Origin: Thermoproteota archaeon
GTDB taxonomy: Archaea; Thermoproteota; Thermoprotei_A; EX4484-217-1; JAPDJV01
Direction: 5' to 3'
Length of the DNA: 64,000 nt
Assembly (NCBI GenBank): GCA_029258925.1
Contig: JAPDJV010000003.1
Location: forward strand, 22,895-86,894
Positions within the stretch are counted from its first letter, which is position 1, and every line of letters begins with the position of its first letter. Shown here piece after piece: positions 29,679 through 39,000 of this stretch. The notes below the pieces were generated by a model. It did not search any database, was not told the origin of the DNA, and saw only the letters and a list, made by a program, of their open reading frames with translations. Made by a program: the position numbers and the translations under genes.

Positions 29679-30473
29679 ATGTATTATTCTATTGAGGTCG
29701 TAGAGGGGTCTATGTTGAAGAAAATATCCCTAGTCGACTATCTTTACTTATTGAAAAACTTGAAGGGCATACTCCACGTTTTCAAACCTATAGGATCCGA
29801 CGAAGCTAAAAAGCTCATAGGTTTCGTTAAGAAGAGATTTAGGTACAGGGTTCTCGGGTTTACGGAGGGATTTAGGGAGAGAATTCCTGCCGACCTTAGC
29901 AGAGGGCTTCCAAGTGGAAATCTCAGAGCCCTCGGCTTCCCCTCAGAAGATGTTTATCGGATTATTGAAGGGATTGCTGACTACACTGGTGTTAGCGTTA
30001 GAGATGTAGAGGCTATAGCTCTTTCATCAGCCTACTTAACTCCCCTAATAGTTCCGGAAGCGGGGTTTAGCAGGGACTGCATTGACCCGTTCATCATAAG
30101 AATTATAACTACTTCTAGGAAAATAGATGAGTCTTCGCTTAAACTACACTTAAGAATAGCTGGGTACAGCATGATAGACTCCTACTTGAATACAACACGT
30201 GTTGCAATACTGTTCATGGAGAATGCTGTTACCGGGGGCAAGAACGTAGCTGGAGAGTTCGTTAATGAGCGAACAACGATTGTTGAAGGAGATGTTAAGA
30301 GATATTGGAGGATCATGGAGGACTCGGGCAAACCTATTATAGTATATGCTGATATCCCTACGGGAATTGCCAGAAGGATTGTAGAGGCAGGGAAGACTTT
30401 TGAAACAGATTTAAGAGGGAAATGGGTTAAGACTATAATGGGATTGACCACCATGATCATAGTGAACCTGTAG
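29679..30473 (+). CDS. Hypothetical protein
   Basis: 264-aa ORF with host-like codon usage; no motif recognised. Confidence 0.7.
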   Translation: MYYSIEVVEGSMLKKISLVDYLYLLKNLKGILHVFKPIGSDEAKKLIGFVKKRFRYRVLGFTEGFRERIPADLSRGLPSGNLRALGFPSEDVYRIIEGIADYTGVSVRDVEAIALSSAYLTPLIVPEAGFSRDCIDPFIIRIITTSRKIDESSLKLHLRIAGYSMIDSYLNTTRVAILFMENAVTGGKNVAGEFVNERTTIVEGDVKRYWRIMEDSGKPIIVYADIPTGIARRIVEAGKTFETDLRGKWVKTIMGLTTMIIVNL

Positions 30474-30484
30474 TAGGGGATAGA

Positions 30485-30781
30485 ATGCTCCTAATACTTC
30501 TACTACTAGCTCTCTTCACAACATTAATGTTAGTCGATTGTGCTTTTACTGAAATACTTGAAATAGTTGCTCCTGCAAGCCTTGTCGCAACGGAATCACT
30601 GGGTTTCACTCTTGAAAACAGAATTATTCTAACAATAGTATATACTGTATTGTCGCTTATTTTATGTAGATTTGGAGGGGAAAGGGTCAAGATATTATTA
30701 GTTGTTTTAACAGGTACTCTAGTAGTGTTCGTAGCTTACGTAGGTATTCTCCACTTCTCTATGATACTCTCAGCTCTATGA
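30485..30781 (+). CDS. Small hypothetical membrane protein (about 3 TM)
   Basis: Hydrophobic; follows previous gene by 11 bp with GGGG RBS. Confidence 0.6.
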   Translation: MLLILLLLALFTTLMLVDCAFTEILEIVAPASLVATESLGFTLENRIILTIVYTVLSLILCRFGGERVKILLVVLTGTLVVFVAYVGILHFSMILSAL

Positions 30782-30805
30782 CTCCTTCACATCATCAGCG
30801 TTTCT

Positions 30806-31612
30806 TCACCATAATATCAGTAGTTCACAGTATTTATCACCTAGATTAATGCACTTAGACTCCACAACCTTAACCCTCCCCTCCTCCCCAAGGACGACAT
30901 CTAGGAAGCCTGCTATGTAACCTCTTGTGAAGTGTGATGTAGCCTTGTCTACCACATGGCCTTTTAGAACTCTGCACTCCCATTGATCGAGAACACGTAC
31001 TCTTATGTTATTTCTAGACGTAGAAGCTATTTCCCCCCTCATCAAGCTCATTGCACAGACTCTCCTCAAAAGGAAATTTAGGGCTCTCGCAGGCTCCGTT
31101 GTTCCAATCTCTTGTAAGAATAGTTTTCCAAGAGTCCTCCCGGAAGTATAGCCTATGTGGTACAATATTGCTGAAATACTTTCGTAGCCAAATACTTTCC
31201 TGCTTTCAACGAGTAATCCGAGGAGCTCGTCTTTGCCGAGAAATATGCCCTCCTTATCAGCCATGACAAGTGGGTAGAGGTGCTCGTTAACTATGACTTC
31301 TTCAGGCATGGGTTCAACAACTTTGACTTCCTTAACTCTCTCCAGAGCGGTTATGTCCTCTTTAATCCGCTTCACTAAGCCCATTTTGCCTCCCAAGTCT
31401 GCTATAACGTAAAATACCGCTATGTTCGCTAGGGGGTCTGCAACTGAAACTGTTAGAGAATAAGGCTTCACATTGTGGTCTCTGAAAACGTCTATTACCT
31501 CGTCTAGTACTCCCAGTTCGTTTTCTATTAGAACGTGAAAGCCTACGAGCTCTCTTCCCTTAGATACAGCATAATTTGACAGTATATACGGGAAAACCAT
31601 TAAATCACCCAC
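30806..31612 (-). CDS. ACT-like + V4R domain protein
   Basis: N-terminal ACT-like (ENELGVLDEV); C-terminal V4R: WEC...HFTRGYIAG...VVESKCINLGDKYCE. Confidence 0.85.
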   Translation of the reverse strand: MGDLMVFPYILSNYAVSKGRELVGFHVLIENELGVLDEVIDVFRDHNVKPYSLTVSVADPLANIAVFYVIADLGGKMGLVKRIKEDITALERVKEVKVVEPMPEEVIVNEHLYPLVMADKEGIFLGKDELLGLLVESRKVFGYESISAILYHIGYTSGRTLGKLFLQEIGTTEPARALNFLLRRVCAMSLMRGEIASTSRNNIRVRVLDQWECRVLKGHVVDKATSHFTRGYIAGFLDVVLGEEGRVKVVESKCINLGDKYCELLILW

Positions 31613-31690
31613 CGGAACAGTAATCGGGTCTCTTCGAAGAGGGTTGCCTTATAAGCATATTTATACCTAGCGAATAAATAACTTTTATAC

Positions 31691-32398
31691 CTAGTGAATA
31701 ATTATTCTGCTTGGGCAAGAATAAACGTTTAACCTGTCGCCTCTGGCAAAACCTATGATCGTTACGCCCCCTCTAGAAGCTAGGGAGATGGCAAGACTTG
31801 TTGGAGCACCCTTACTTGCAACAAGCTTTATTTCCGCTCTTAAGGCCTTCAATAAAATGCTACACGTTATTCTTCCCGAGAGAGCAAGCCACAGGCTACC
31901 TGTCTCCAGGCCCCTCAGCAAAGCATATCCTATAACTTTGTCTACAGCATTATTTCTCCCAACATCTTCGGCCCAAGTTTTCAGTTCTCCGGAGTAGTCG
32001 AAGAGGGCTGCAACGTGGACTCCTCCAGTAGCCTTAAACGTCTCCGACAATTTGAGTAGTCTCCTAATACACGAGATTATGGTCGCAGGGTTTATGGAGT
32101 GGTCTACGGTGTGCTTCCATTTTCTCGCAACATTACTACTCGACTCCATAGTCTTCACGAATATCCTATTACCCTCCAACTCCACACTTCGTATTTCAGA
32201 CGAGCAACTGACCACACCCATTGAGAAAATGTTTCCCACAGCAAGCTCTCTTATCATAGTGGGGGTTGCATAGAGCGTTCTAAAGTGTTCGCCGTTTACA
32301 ATCAACTCGAATACTTCCTCAACTGGGACGTTCTCCAATACTTCAACAGGTCTACTTCCCACAATAATCCTCAGGGCACGCGTACTAATAGAGTACAT
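31691..32398 (-). CDS. fdhD: FdhD/NarQ-family protein (degenerate active site)
   Basis: TGGVHVAALF, EDVGRNNAVDKVIG, SGR, APTSLA; start trimmed to ATG 32398. Confidence 0.85.
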   Translation of the reverse strand: MYSISTRALRIIVGSRPVEVLENVPVEEVFELIVNGEHFRTLYATPTMIRELAVGNIFSMGVVSCSSEIRSVELEGNRIFVKTMESSSNVARKWKHTVDHSINPATIISCIRRLLKLSETFKATGGVHVAALFDYSGELKTWAEDVGRNNAVDKVIGYALLRGLETGSLWLALSGRITCSILLKALRAEIKLVASKGAPTSLAISLASRGGVTIIGFARGDRLNVYSCPSRIIIH

Positions 32399-32494
32399 AG
32401 ATGGACTGCCTCTAATCAATGTGGTGTCCACGATACGTATATTAGTGTGTAGCTCAAAGATTATAACAGTTATGAAGGATTGGAGGACCAATGA

Positions 32495-32749
32495 ATGAAC
32501 AGAGATTACGATGAACTGATGTTAATAATGAGTCTTGTCATAAAAGATAATAAGGTTAAGACAGGTAGGCTCCGAATTGAAGACAAGCTTGCATTTAAAG
32601 CTGCATACCACGTTCTAGCAAACAGGCTCGACCCACATAAAGCTCTCTCGATACTCAAGTCCAGTGGATTACTTGGAGACAGCTTGGATGTTCTATTATT
32701 TGAGGAGAGTTATTGGAGGTATGTGGAACTATTGAACGGAAGATTATAG
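32495..32749 (+). CDS. Hypothetical protein
   Basis: 84-aa ORF, plausible composition; GAGGA upstream. Confidence 0.55.
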   Translation: MNRDYDELMLIMSLVIKDNKVKTGRLRIEDKLAFKAAYHVLANRLDPHKALSILKSSGLLGDSLDVLLFEESYWRYVELLNGRL

Positions 32750-32799
32750 AATATTATGTTAATCGTTCACAACAATTAGGATTAATGTTCTTGCTTATG

Positions 32800-32856
32800 A
32801 GGTCAGAGAGGTCTCCAATCATCACGTTTCAGATAGGAGGACCCTCACATCATCGA
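32800..32856 (-). ncRNA. Box C/D guide sRNA (target unassigned)
   Basis: Minus strand: C ATGATGT (32853-32847), guide GAGGGTCCTCCTAT, D' CTGA, AAC, C' GTGATGA, 12-nt guide TTGGAGACCTCT, D CTGA (32806-32803); 51-nt core, intergenic. Confidence 0.8.
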
Positions 32857-32991
32857 GTTTCTCCCATAATGCTATCTAAATGTTGATTGAAAAATTCTAT
32901 AAAAAATTTAACGCAAACATTAATCTACTTTAGGATTATTAGTGAAATCTATGATTTCTAGCACATTCATTAACGCAAAGACTTTAAGGAA

Positions 32992-33303
32992 ATGAGTGGA
33001 CACCGTGTTGAGGAGAAAAAATTGGAGCGAAGAAATATCAGAATTATCGTTTACGGGAGAGACGAAGACTACTACGCGTACACGATATTCCAGTGGTTGC
33101 TGGAAGTCAAGGAATTACTTGAGAACGAGTACGGTATCTCTATTGAAGCTATTAGGGAAAACGTGGACTTCGACGTTCCCGTACTGGAGGTTAAGGGTAA
33201 GCTGGCTTTCGCCGGTTTCCCGGGAGAAGAAGGATACTTGATTGAACACGTTAAGAAGGTGCTTGAAGAAGTGCTAGATGAGGATAGAGATGACCATGCC
33301 TGA
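32992..33303 (+). CDS. Hypothetical protein (possible thioredoxin-like fold, no CxxC)
   Basis: IIVYG...PVLEVKGKLAFAGFPGEEGYLIE pattern; acidic. Confidence 0.6.
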   Translation: MSGHRVEEKKLERRNIRIIVYGRDEDYYAYTIFQWLLEVKELLENEYGISIEAIRENVDFDVPVLEVKGKLAFAGFPGEEGYLIEHVKKVLEEVLDEDRDDHA

Positions 33304-33354
33304 GGCCGTGATGTACTGGTTGGCATTCAATAACGTAAAATTTGAAGACTACTA

Positions 33355-34302
33355 TTAGCGGTCTCTCTCCTCCAAGTATATTTCACTGACGATTTTCTCG
33401 ACCTCTTCCGCTGGGAGAGGGGGAACGTTCTTCCTGTTCCACAAAGAAATCTTATTGAGACACTCCCGATAGCTTGCTCTCTCAAAATACTTGTAATATT
33501 CTGCTAAAGCCCTCAACGCCGTCAACCTCTCGAATCCCGAGACACCTCTTAAAATCTTCTTTAGAAGCGACGGCTTCTCAACAAGTTTTATCCAAGAATA
33601 TTCTCCTCTACATAACTCCCTTAAACCCATTAGTACTTTCTCAACTATTTTCTCCGGAACAGGGTTAGAGAAGTATTCTCTCAGATCAAATGATTCCGGA
33701 CTTATGGGCTTCATGTTCTCGTCTACTGGGAAAACTGTTCTCCCAGATTTATCGTGGATCGTATAGGGGATTCTTGACAATCTTGAAACGTCTACTGCTG
33801 ATCTTTCATCTAGAGATCTTAAACTTAAACCCGTTATACCCAGTTCGCCTAGAAGAGACATTAAAAGCTTCTTTAGGAAAACCTTTGATCCCTCAATAGG
33901 CCTTGGAAGAAACACGTATAGGTGGTATCCTTTAAGCCCGCTGAACACTACTAGCGGTCTACAATATGATGAAAGGTGGTCAAGTAGTTTTGCAGCCTCT
34001 CTACATGCAACATCTATGTTCCTAGGATAGTCCAGGTCTAAGAAAATCTTCTCTAGAGCAATAACAGTCCCCGGCTTAGGATGAACCCCTGTGAAGTAGT
34101 TCACGGATTGGTATGCTGGTTTCCGTAGAGCTAAGTCTTCCTCCAAGTGTTTCAAGTATTCCTCGAGCATACGTGCAGGGTAAAATATTCTAGCCGGGTG
34201 GCCGTGGTCTCTACCCCACATTCTATATTCTAATAATTTGAAGCCAGCTATCCCGATAAACCATTCAGCCATGAAGTCTTTTAAGTAGTCTGCTTCCAAC
34301 AT
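33355..34302 (-). CDS. Archaeo-eukaryotic primase (AEP) catalytic domain fused to PriCT-1/PriX-like helical domain
   Basis: Motif I IFLDLD, motif II FSGLKGYHLY, motif III DVSRLSRIPYT; C-terminal WNRKNVPPLPAEEVEKIV. Confidence 0.82.
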   Translation of the reverse strand: MLEADYLKDFMAEWFIGIAGFKLLEYRMWGRDHGHPARIFYPARMLEEYLKHLEEDLALRKPAYQSVNYFTGVHPKPGTVIALEKIFLDLDYPRNIDVACREAAKLLDHLSSYCRPLVVFSGLKGYHLYVFLPRPIEGSKVFLKKLLMSLLGELGITGLSLRSLDERSAVDVSRLSRIPYTIHDKSGRTVFPVDENMKPISPESFDLREYFSNPVPEKIVEKVLMGLRELCRGEYSWIKLVEKPSLLKKILRGVSGFERLTALRALAEYYKYFERASYRECLNKISLWNRKNVPPLPAEEVEKIVSEIYLEERDR

Positions 34303-34385
34303 TATTTGAAGTCCCTAACCTACACTAAAGGATGAGCACAGCCTATAAGTATATGGGTGGAACTCCTAGTTGGAGTGGAGATCTC

Positions 34386-35622
34386 ATGGTTCTAGTATAC
34401 CTCGTTAAGCCTAGAAGCGTTGAGTCTTGCGAGGAGGAGAAGAAGGGTGCTTTCCCACCTTTAGGACTACTCTACTTATCCTCAGCTTTCAGAATTTACG
34501 GATGTAGTGTAAAGTTCTACGACTTGGATTTCACGAAAGTCAATGGACTAGTTGACGATGTTTCCTCGGAAAATCCCGAAATAATAGCTTTGACCTCGAC
34601 TACACCGAGCTACCATAATACCGTGAAAGTTATACAGAGGGTGAGGGAGGCTTCTCCAAGTTCCATAATAGTTGTTGGGGGACCTCATGCAACGCTCGTC
34701 CCGGAAGACTTCCGTAATGTGGCTGATATAGTAGTGGTAGGCGAGGGCGAGAACGCTGCGTCTGAGATCGTGGAATCGGCTGTGGGAAAGCATTTAAAGA
34801 AGCCGATTATTAAGAGGCCTCCTGTAGAAGATCTTGATAAACTACCATTTCCGGATAGAAGTATTCTGAATATTGAACAATACCATGAAAATATTGGAGC
34901 AATGTTCACTAGCAGGGGATGCCCGTATAACTGCCTCTTCTGCACCACGAGATTCATAATGGGCAGGAAATTTAGGGCTAGAAGCCCGATTAACATTGTC
35001 GAAGAATGGAGGATGCTGAAGAAGTATAATGCTCCTAAGATCAGATCCTAGACGACGTCTACACTTACAATAAGCGTAGAGTTCTGGAGGTCTGTAGACT
35101 TGTTAAAGAAGAGGGGTTGGGAGAGTGGAGTCTTCCAAATGGTGTTAGAGTTGACAACGTCGACGAAGAACTCCTCGAGTCGATGGCGGACTCCGGTTGC
35201 ACGACAATATGGTTCGGTGTCGAGTCCGGTTCTCAGAGAGTCATTAACGTGCTTAGGAAGGGGTTACATTAAAGCAGGTGGAGGACGCTGTTAAGTGGGC
35301 TAAGAATGTTGGGATAGCTGTCGGACTATTCTTCATGGTAGGTGCTCCAGGCGAAACTCTTGAAACAGTTCACGAAACACTCAGGCTTATAGAGAGACTT
35401 GACCCCGACTACGTTCACTTCAGTATAGCGACTCCCTACCCGAGAACAGATTTCTGGAAGTGGGTTGAAGAAAACGGTAGATTCCTTACTCTAGATTACA
35501 GTAAGTTTGAAAGAGAGTTCATATTTGAAACACCCGAGTATCCTCCCCAAGACAGGTTGAAGGCTGCTGAAATAATTGAGAGGGAACTCTCGGATAAATA
35601 CGGTATCAAAATAATGGCTTGA
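34386..35622 (+). pseudogene. B12-binding radical SAM protein interrupted by two single-base deletions
   Basis: PPLGLLYL, GGPHAT, RGCPYNCLFC; frame breaks at ~35045 (IR[I]LDD) and ~35263 (RKG[V/I]TLKQ); the three segments join into about 412 aa. Confidence 0.85.
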
Positions 35623-35653
35623 TCATATCCCAAAGGATTTCTCCACGAAAATC

Positions 35654-35944
35654 TCACCATTCTGTCTCAGATAGCAGTTTCCTGGCTTTACCCGTTAAAA
35701 CGTAGACTCTCACCCTTCTCAAATCGCTACGGAGTCCCGGATCACAAGATTCCCTGAAAGGACAATTATCACATGAATGGCATTCAAAGAAGACTTCATC
35801 TACGAGTCCCTCAGACAACAGTAACCCCAGTATCGAGTTCAAAGATTTCTCGTCTAACCCCAGCACTCTCATGAGGCTGCTCGTAGTACCAGCTCCACCA
35901 CCAATATTCTTCAACACTTCAATCAAATCCCTCCTCAAATCCAA
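35654..35944 (-). CDS. FeoC-like winged-helix protein with CxxCxxCPx4C
   Basis: wHTH pattern + CHSCDNCPFRESC; directly downstream of feoB. Confidence 0.72.
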   Translation of the reverse strand: MDLRRDLIEVLKNIGGGAGTTSSLMRVLGLDEKSLNSILGLLLSEGLVDEVFFECHSCDNCPFRESCDPGLRSDLRRVRVYVLTGKARKLLSETEW

Positions 35945-35952
35945 GGCCCCGC

Positions 35953-38079
35953 TTAAAAGCCTATAGATTGCAAAATTAAATATGTCGCTATGGAGGAAAG
36001 CATTGCCAGGAGCAACATGTAGACTGTTTGAAGAATTGTCTTCTTAACACTGCCAGTCTCCTGATATATTACTGCTGTAGTAGCTAGACAGGGGATGTAC
36101 GTTGTCACAAGCACCATGAGAGCTATGACTTGAGAGCCTGACAATCCAAGTTTTGCGAGAGCCTGTTCCACACTCCCCGATCCCGTGAGTAACACTATAG
36201 ACTCGAGCATCGCCTCTTTAGCTACGAACCCGTTTATCAGGGAGAATCCTATTATCCACGCCACGTCTCCTCTGAACCCGAACAATTCTAGAATTGGAGC
36301 CAGCGTTCCCCCTATGATGCTAGCATAGCTGTCCTCGACTCCCACCATTAGTCCAGCCGGGCCAGTGTTCATCAGCATCCACGTTGCAACACTTAAGCTA
36401 AATATTATTAGCCCGGCTTTCCGCAGAAAGTGCTTAGAGTAGTCCCAAGTAATCCACCAGACAACTTTCATTGAAGGAGTATGTATTGGAGGTAATTCTA
36501 AGAGTAGTTCAGGGGGTTTTCTAAGCTTAAACAGCATTCTCCTGATGAGGAGAGAAGTCAGCGCGAAGAGAACTATTGCTAAACCATATATTGAGAGCAA
36601 AGCTATTGATTGGATGATTGGCGAAGCAAAGTATGTTGTTATGAAGGCTAGTAGAACTATTAGCCTTGCCTGGCAGGGGATGAACGGTACTGAGAGAGCT
36701 GTCTGAATCCTCTCCTCTTCCTCAGGGAAGGCTCTTGTAACCATTACTGCCGGAACATTGCATCCAAGACTAATCATGACTGGGAAAACCGCTCTCCCAG
36801 TCAAACTAAACTTGTTGAACAAGCTGTTTAGCGATACTGCTATTCTCGGAGCTATCCCGCTATCCTCCATCAACGCGAGCATTACAAATGCTAAGAGTAT
36901 GAGGGGGAAGAAGCCTAGAATGCTTCCAACACCCGGTATTATTCCATCTGCTACAAGAGACACTGTCCAGTACGGAGCGCCAGCAGCTGTCATGTAGGAT
37001 CTGAAATAGTCAGATAAATAGTCGAATAGTAGTCCTAGGAGACCACTTATGCTGTAAGATTCAACGGCCTCCGCCACCCCCACTAAACCTAGTTCTCTAA
37101 GGAATATATTTAGTGGGAAACCTGTGTTGACCGCAAATACAATCGAGAAAGCTGCGAGAACGAGGATCATGCTCGTAATAGGGCCTAGTACGTGGTGTTC
37201 CAGCATTTTCTCTAATCTCAAAGCTATTCTAGGAGCCTGGGTCTTCCTGACCACGACTTCCCTAGCAATACTGTCGACATGGTTGAATCTAGCGGTTATG
37301 ATGAAGGATTCGATGCTTCCTCCAATACTTTTTTCAACGGCCATCTTAACTTCTCTCACTTTCTCTAAAATCTTGAATTCACCAGCACTCCTAATTTTCT
37401 CCTCTAGCCTACTGTCTCCTTCAAGGAGTCTTAGAGCTATCCACCTAGGGTTAATGTTCTTCGATATCTTAGATTTCTCTACGAGTCTCTCTATTTCCCC
37501 TATGAAGGACTCCACTATACCATAGTTTATTTTAAGGGGCTTCTTCCTACCCTTCTTCCCCTCAGCCACTAGGATCAACGTGTCCAGAAGCTCCTTTATA
37601 CCTATGTTCTTTATAGCTGAAACTGGTACAACGGGTACGCCGAGTTTTTCCTCCAACTTATCTACGTGGATGTGCACTCCATAGCTATGGGCCATGTCTA
37701 TTTTAGTTAAGACAACTACCACTCTTGGAGTTAATTCTAGTATTTGCACCGGCAAGTACAAGCTCCTTTCTGGAACAGTTGAGTCCACTAGGACCATTAC
37801 TAGATCGGGTTCTCCGCTCATGATATACTCTCTTGCAATAACTTCCTCCAGGCTTGAAGCAGATATACCATACGTCCCCGGCAAGTCGACAAAACATATT
37901 TTCCTCCCGGAATGCTCTCTCACACCCTCCTTTCTTTCAACAGTTGTCCCAGGCCAGTTAGCTACATGGGCTGTCTCGCCCGTTAGAACATTGAATAATG
38001 TGGATTTGCCTACGTTGGGGTTGCCCGCAACAGCAACTATTATATCACATTTATCTTCTTCCGAATCCAATGGCTCCAC
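35953..38079 (-). CDS. feoB: Ferrous iron transporter FeoB
   Basis: GNPNVGKS, NWPGTT, DLPGTY, TKID; gate motifs GCNVPA, IPCQAR, ELP, YIPCLAT. Confidence 0.96.
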   Translation of the reverse strand: MEPLDSEEDKCDIIVAVAGNPNVGKSTLFNVLTGETAHVANWPGTTVERKEGVREHSGRKICFVDLPGTYGISASSLEEVIAREYIMSGEPDLVMVLVDSTVPERSLYLPVQILELTPRVVVVLTKIDMAHSYGVHIHVDKLEEKLGVPVVPVSAIKNIGIKELLDTLILVAEGKKGRKKPLKINYGIVESFIGEIERLVEKSKISKNINPRWIALRLLEGDSRLEEKIRSAGEFKILEKVREVKMAVEKSIGGSIESFIITARFNHVDSIAREVVVRKTQAPRIALRLEKMLEHHVLGPITSMILVLAAFSIVFAVNTGFPLNIFLRELGLVGVAEAVESYSISGLLGLLFDYLSDYFRSYMTAAGAPYWTVSLVADGIIPGVGSILGFFPLILLAFVMLALMEDSGIAPRIAVSLNSLFNKFSLTGRAVFPVMISLGCNVPAVMVTRAFPEEEERIQTALSVPFIPCQARLIVLLAFITTYFASPIIQSIALLSIYGLAIVLFALTSLLIRRMLFKLRKPPELLLELPPIHTPSMKVVWWITWDYSKHFLRKAGLIIFSLSVATWMLMNTGPAGLMVGVEDSYASIIGGTLAPILELFGFRGDVAWIIGFSLINGFVAKEAMLESIVLLTGSGSVEQALAKLGLSGSQVIALMVLVTTYIPCLATTAVIYQETGSVKKTILQTVYMLLLAMLSSIATYLILQSIGF

Positions 38080-38096
38080 CCTTAATCGGCGGTTTC

Positions 38097-38330
38097 CTAA
38101 GGTAAGGGCTCTACAAATATTTTGTTAGCCATACCCCTACCTATTGCGACCGTGACCCCTCTCACCCTCACGAGTATTGGTCCGTAGTCGTTTCTAACGA
38201 CTTCAACTATGCTTCCAGGAGTGAAGCCCATTTGCATGAGCCTAGTTACTAGACCTCTTCCTCCCATAATGTTCACTATCCTCCCCCTACTGTAAGGGGG
38301 TAACTTGCTTAGTGGAACCACTTGATTCAC
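38097..38330 (-). CDS. feoA: FeoA protein
   Basis: RLMQMGFTPGSIVEV..GPILVRVRG..VAIGRGMANKI. Confidence 0.95.
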   Translation of the reverse strand: MNQVVPLSKLPPYSRGRIVNIMGGRGLVTRLMQMGFTPGSIVEVVRNDYGPILVRVRGVTVAIGRGMANKIFVEPLP

Positions 38331-38974
38331 ACCTCTTTAACTATTATTTGGAAGGCGTAAGATCTCGGAATTCTTATTGTAGATTTCCCGTTCAAGGAAA
38401 CCTCCATTTCAGAAGACCCTGTACTGCACACTAATATCTTTGTTCCATGTCTTATACCCGTTTTAACGAAGAATTTCAGCGCATCCCTAGTTTCCCCAAC
38501 GAACTCGAATACAATGTACTCTTTTCCAGGAGTAGCGTAGTACAATGGTTTCCCGCGTGATCCTGCTTCCGCCATGTTCTCAACATCTAGTCTACTCTCC
38601 TCCAACCCCATTTTCTCCACAGCCTTCAAGAAGAATTCATCTGGCGAGTGCTCAAGATCGTGGGCTACGTCATGTGATAGTAGCATGTCTAGTCCCAAGA
38701 TTTCCGACAACAGTTTTTCCGCAATTCTATGTTTCCTTGCAATCCTCACGGCTATAGACCTCCCCTTCTCGGTTAGCCTCACACCCCTATACTTAACTCT
38801 GAAAACAAACCCCTTCTCCTCCAATCTACCTAGAATCTTCGATACTGTTCCGGGTTTCACGCCAAGTTCTCTTGCAATAATGCTTGTTCTAGCATAGCCG
38901 TATGCTTCCTCTAGTCTATATATTGTCGCCAAGTAGTCTTCGACTATTCTAGAAGACTTTGCTAGGTCAGTCAT
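38327..38974 (-). CDS. DtxR/IdeR/MntR-family metal-dependent repressor with C-terminal FeoA-like domain
   Basis: EDYL..IY, HTH, RKHRIAE, AHDLEH; overlaps feoA start. Confidence 0.92.
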   Translation of the reverse strand: MTDLAKSSRIVEDYLATIYRLEEAYGYARTSIIARELGVKPGTVSKILGRLEEKGFVFRVKYRGVRLTEKGRSIAVRIARKHRIAEKLLSEILGLDMLLSHDVAHDLEHSPDEFFLKAVEKMGLEESRLDVENMAEAGSRGKPLYYATPGKEYIVFEFVGETRDALKFFVKTGIRHGTKILVCSTGSSEMEVSLNGKSTIRIPRSYAFQIIVKEV

Positions 38975-39000
38975 TTTTCTTGCCTTATTTTCAGGCTTGT

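Noticed and set aside
30770-30825. C/D-like words on minus strand (GTGAAGA, CTGA TGATG, CTGA)
   Set aside because: Box spacing cannot give two 10-14-nt guides; overlaps convergent gene ends
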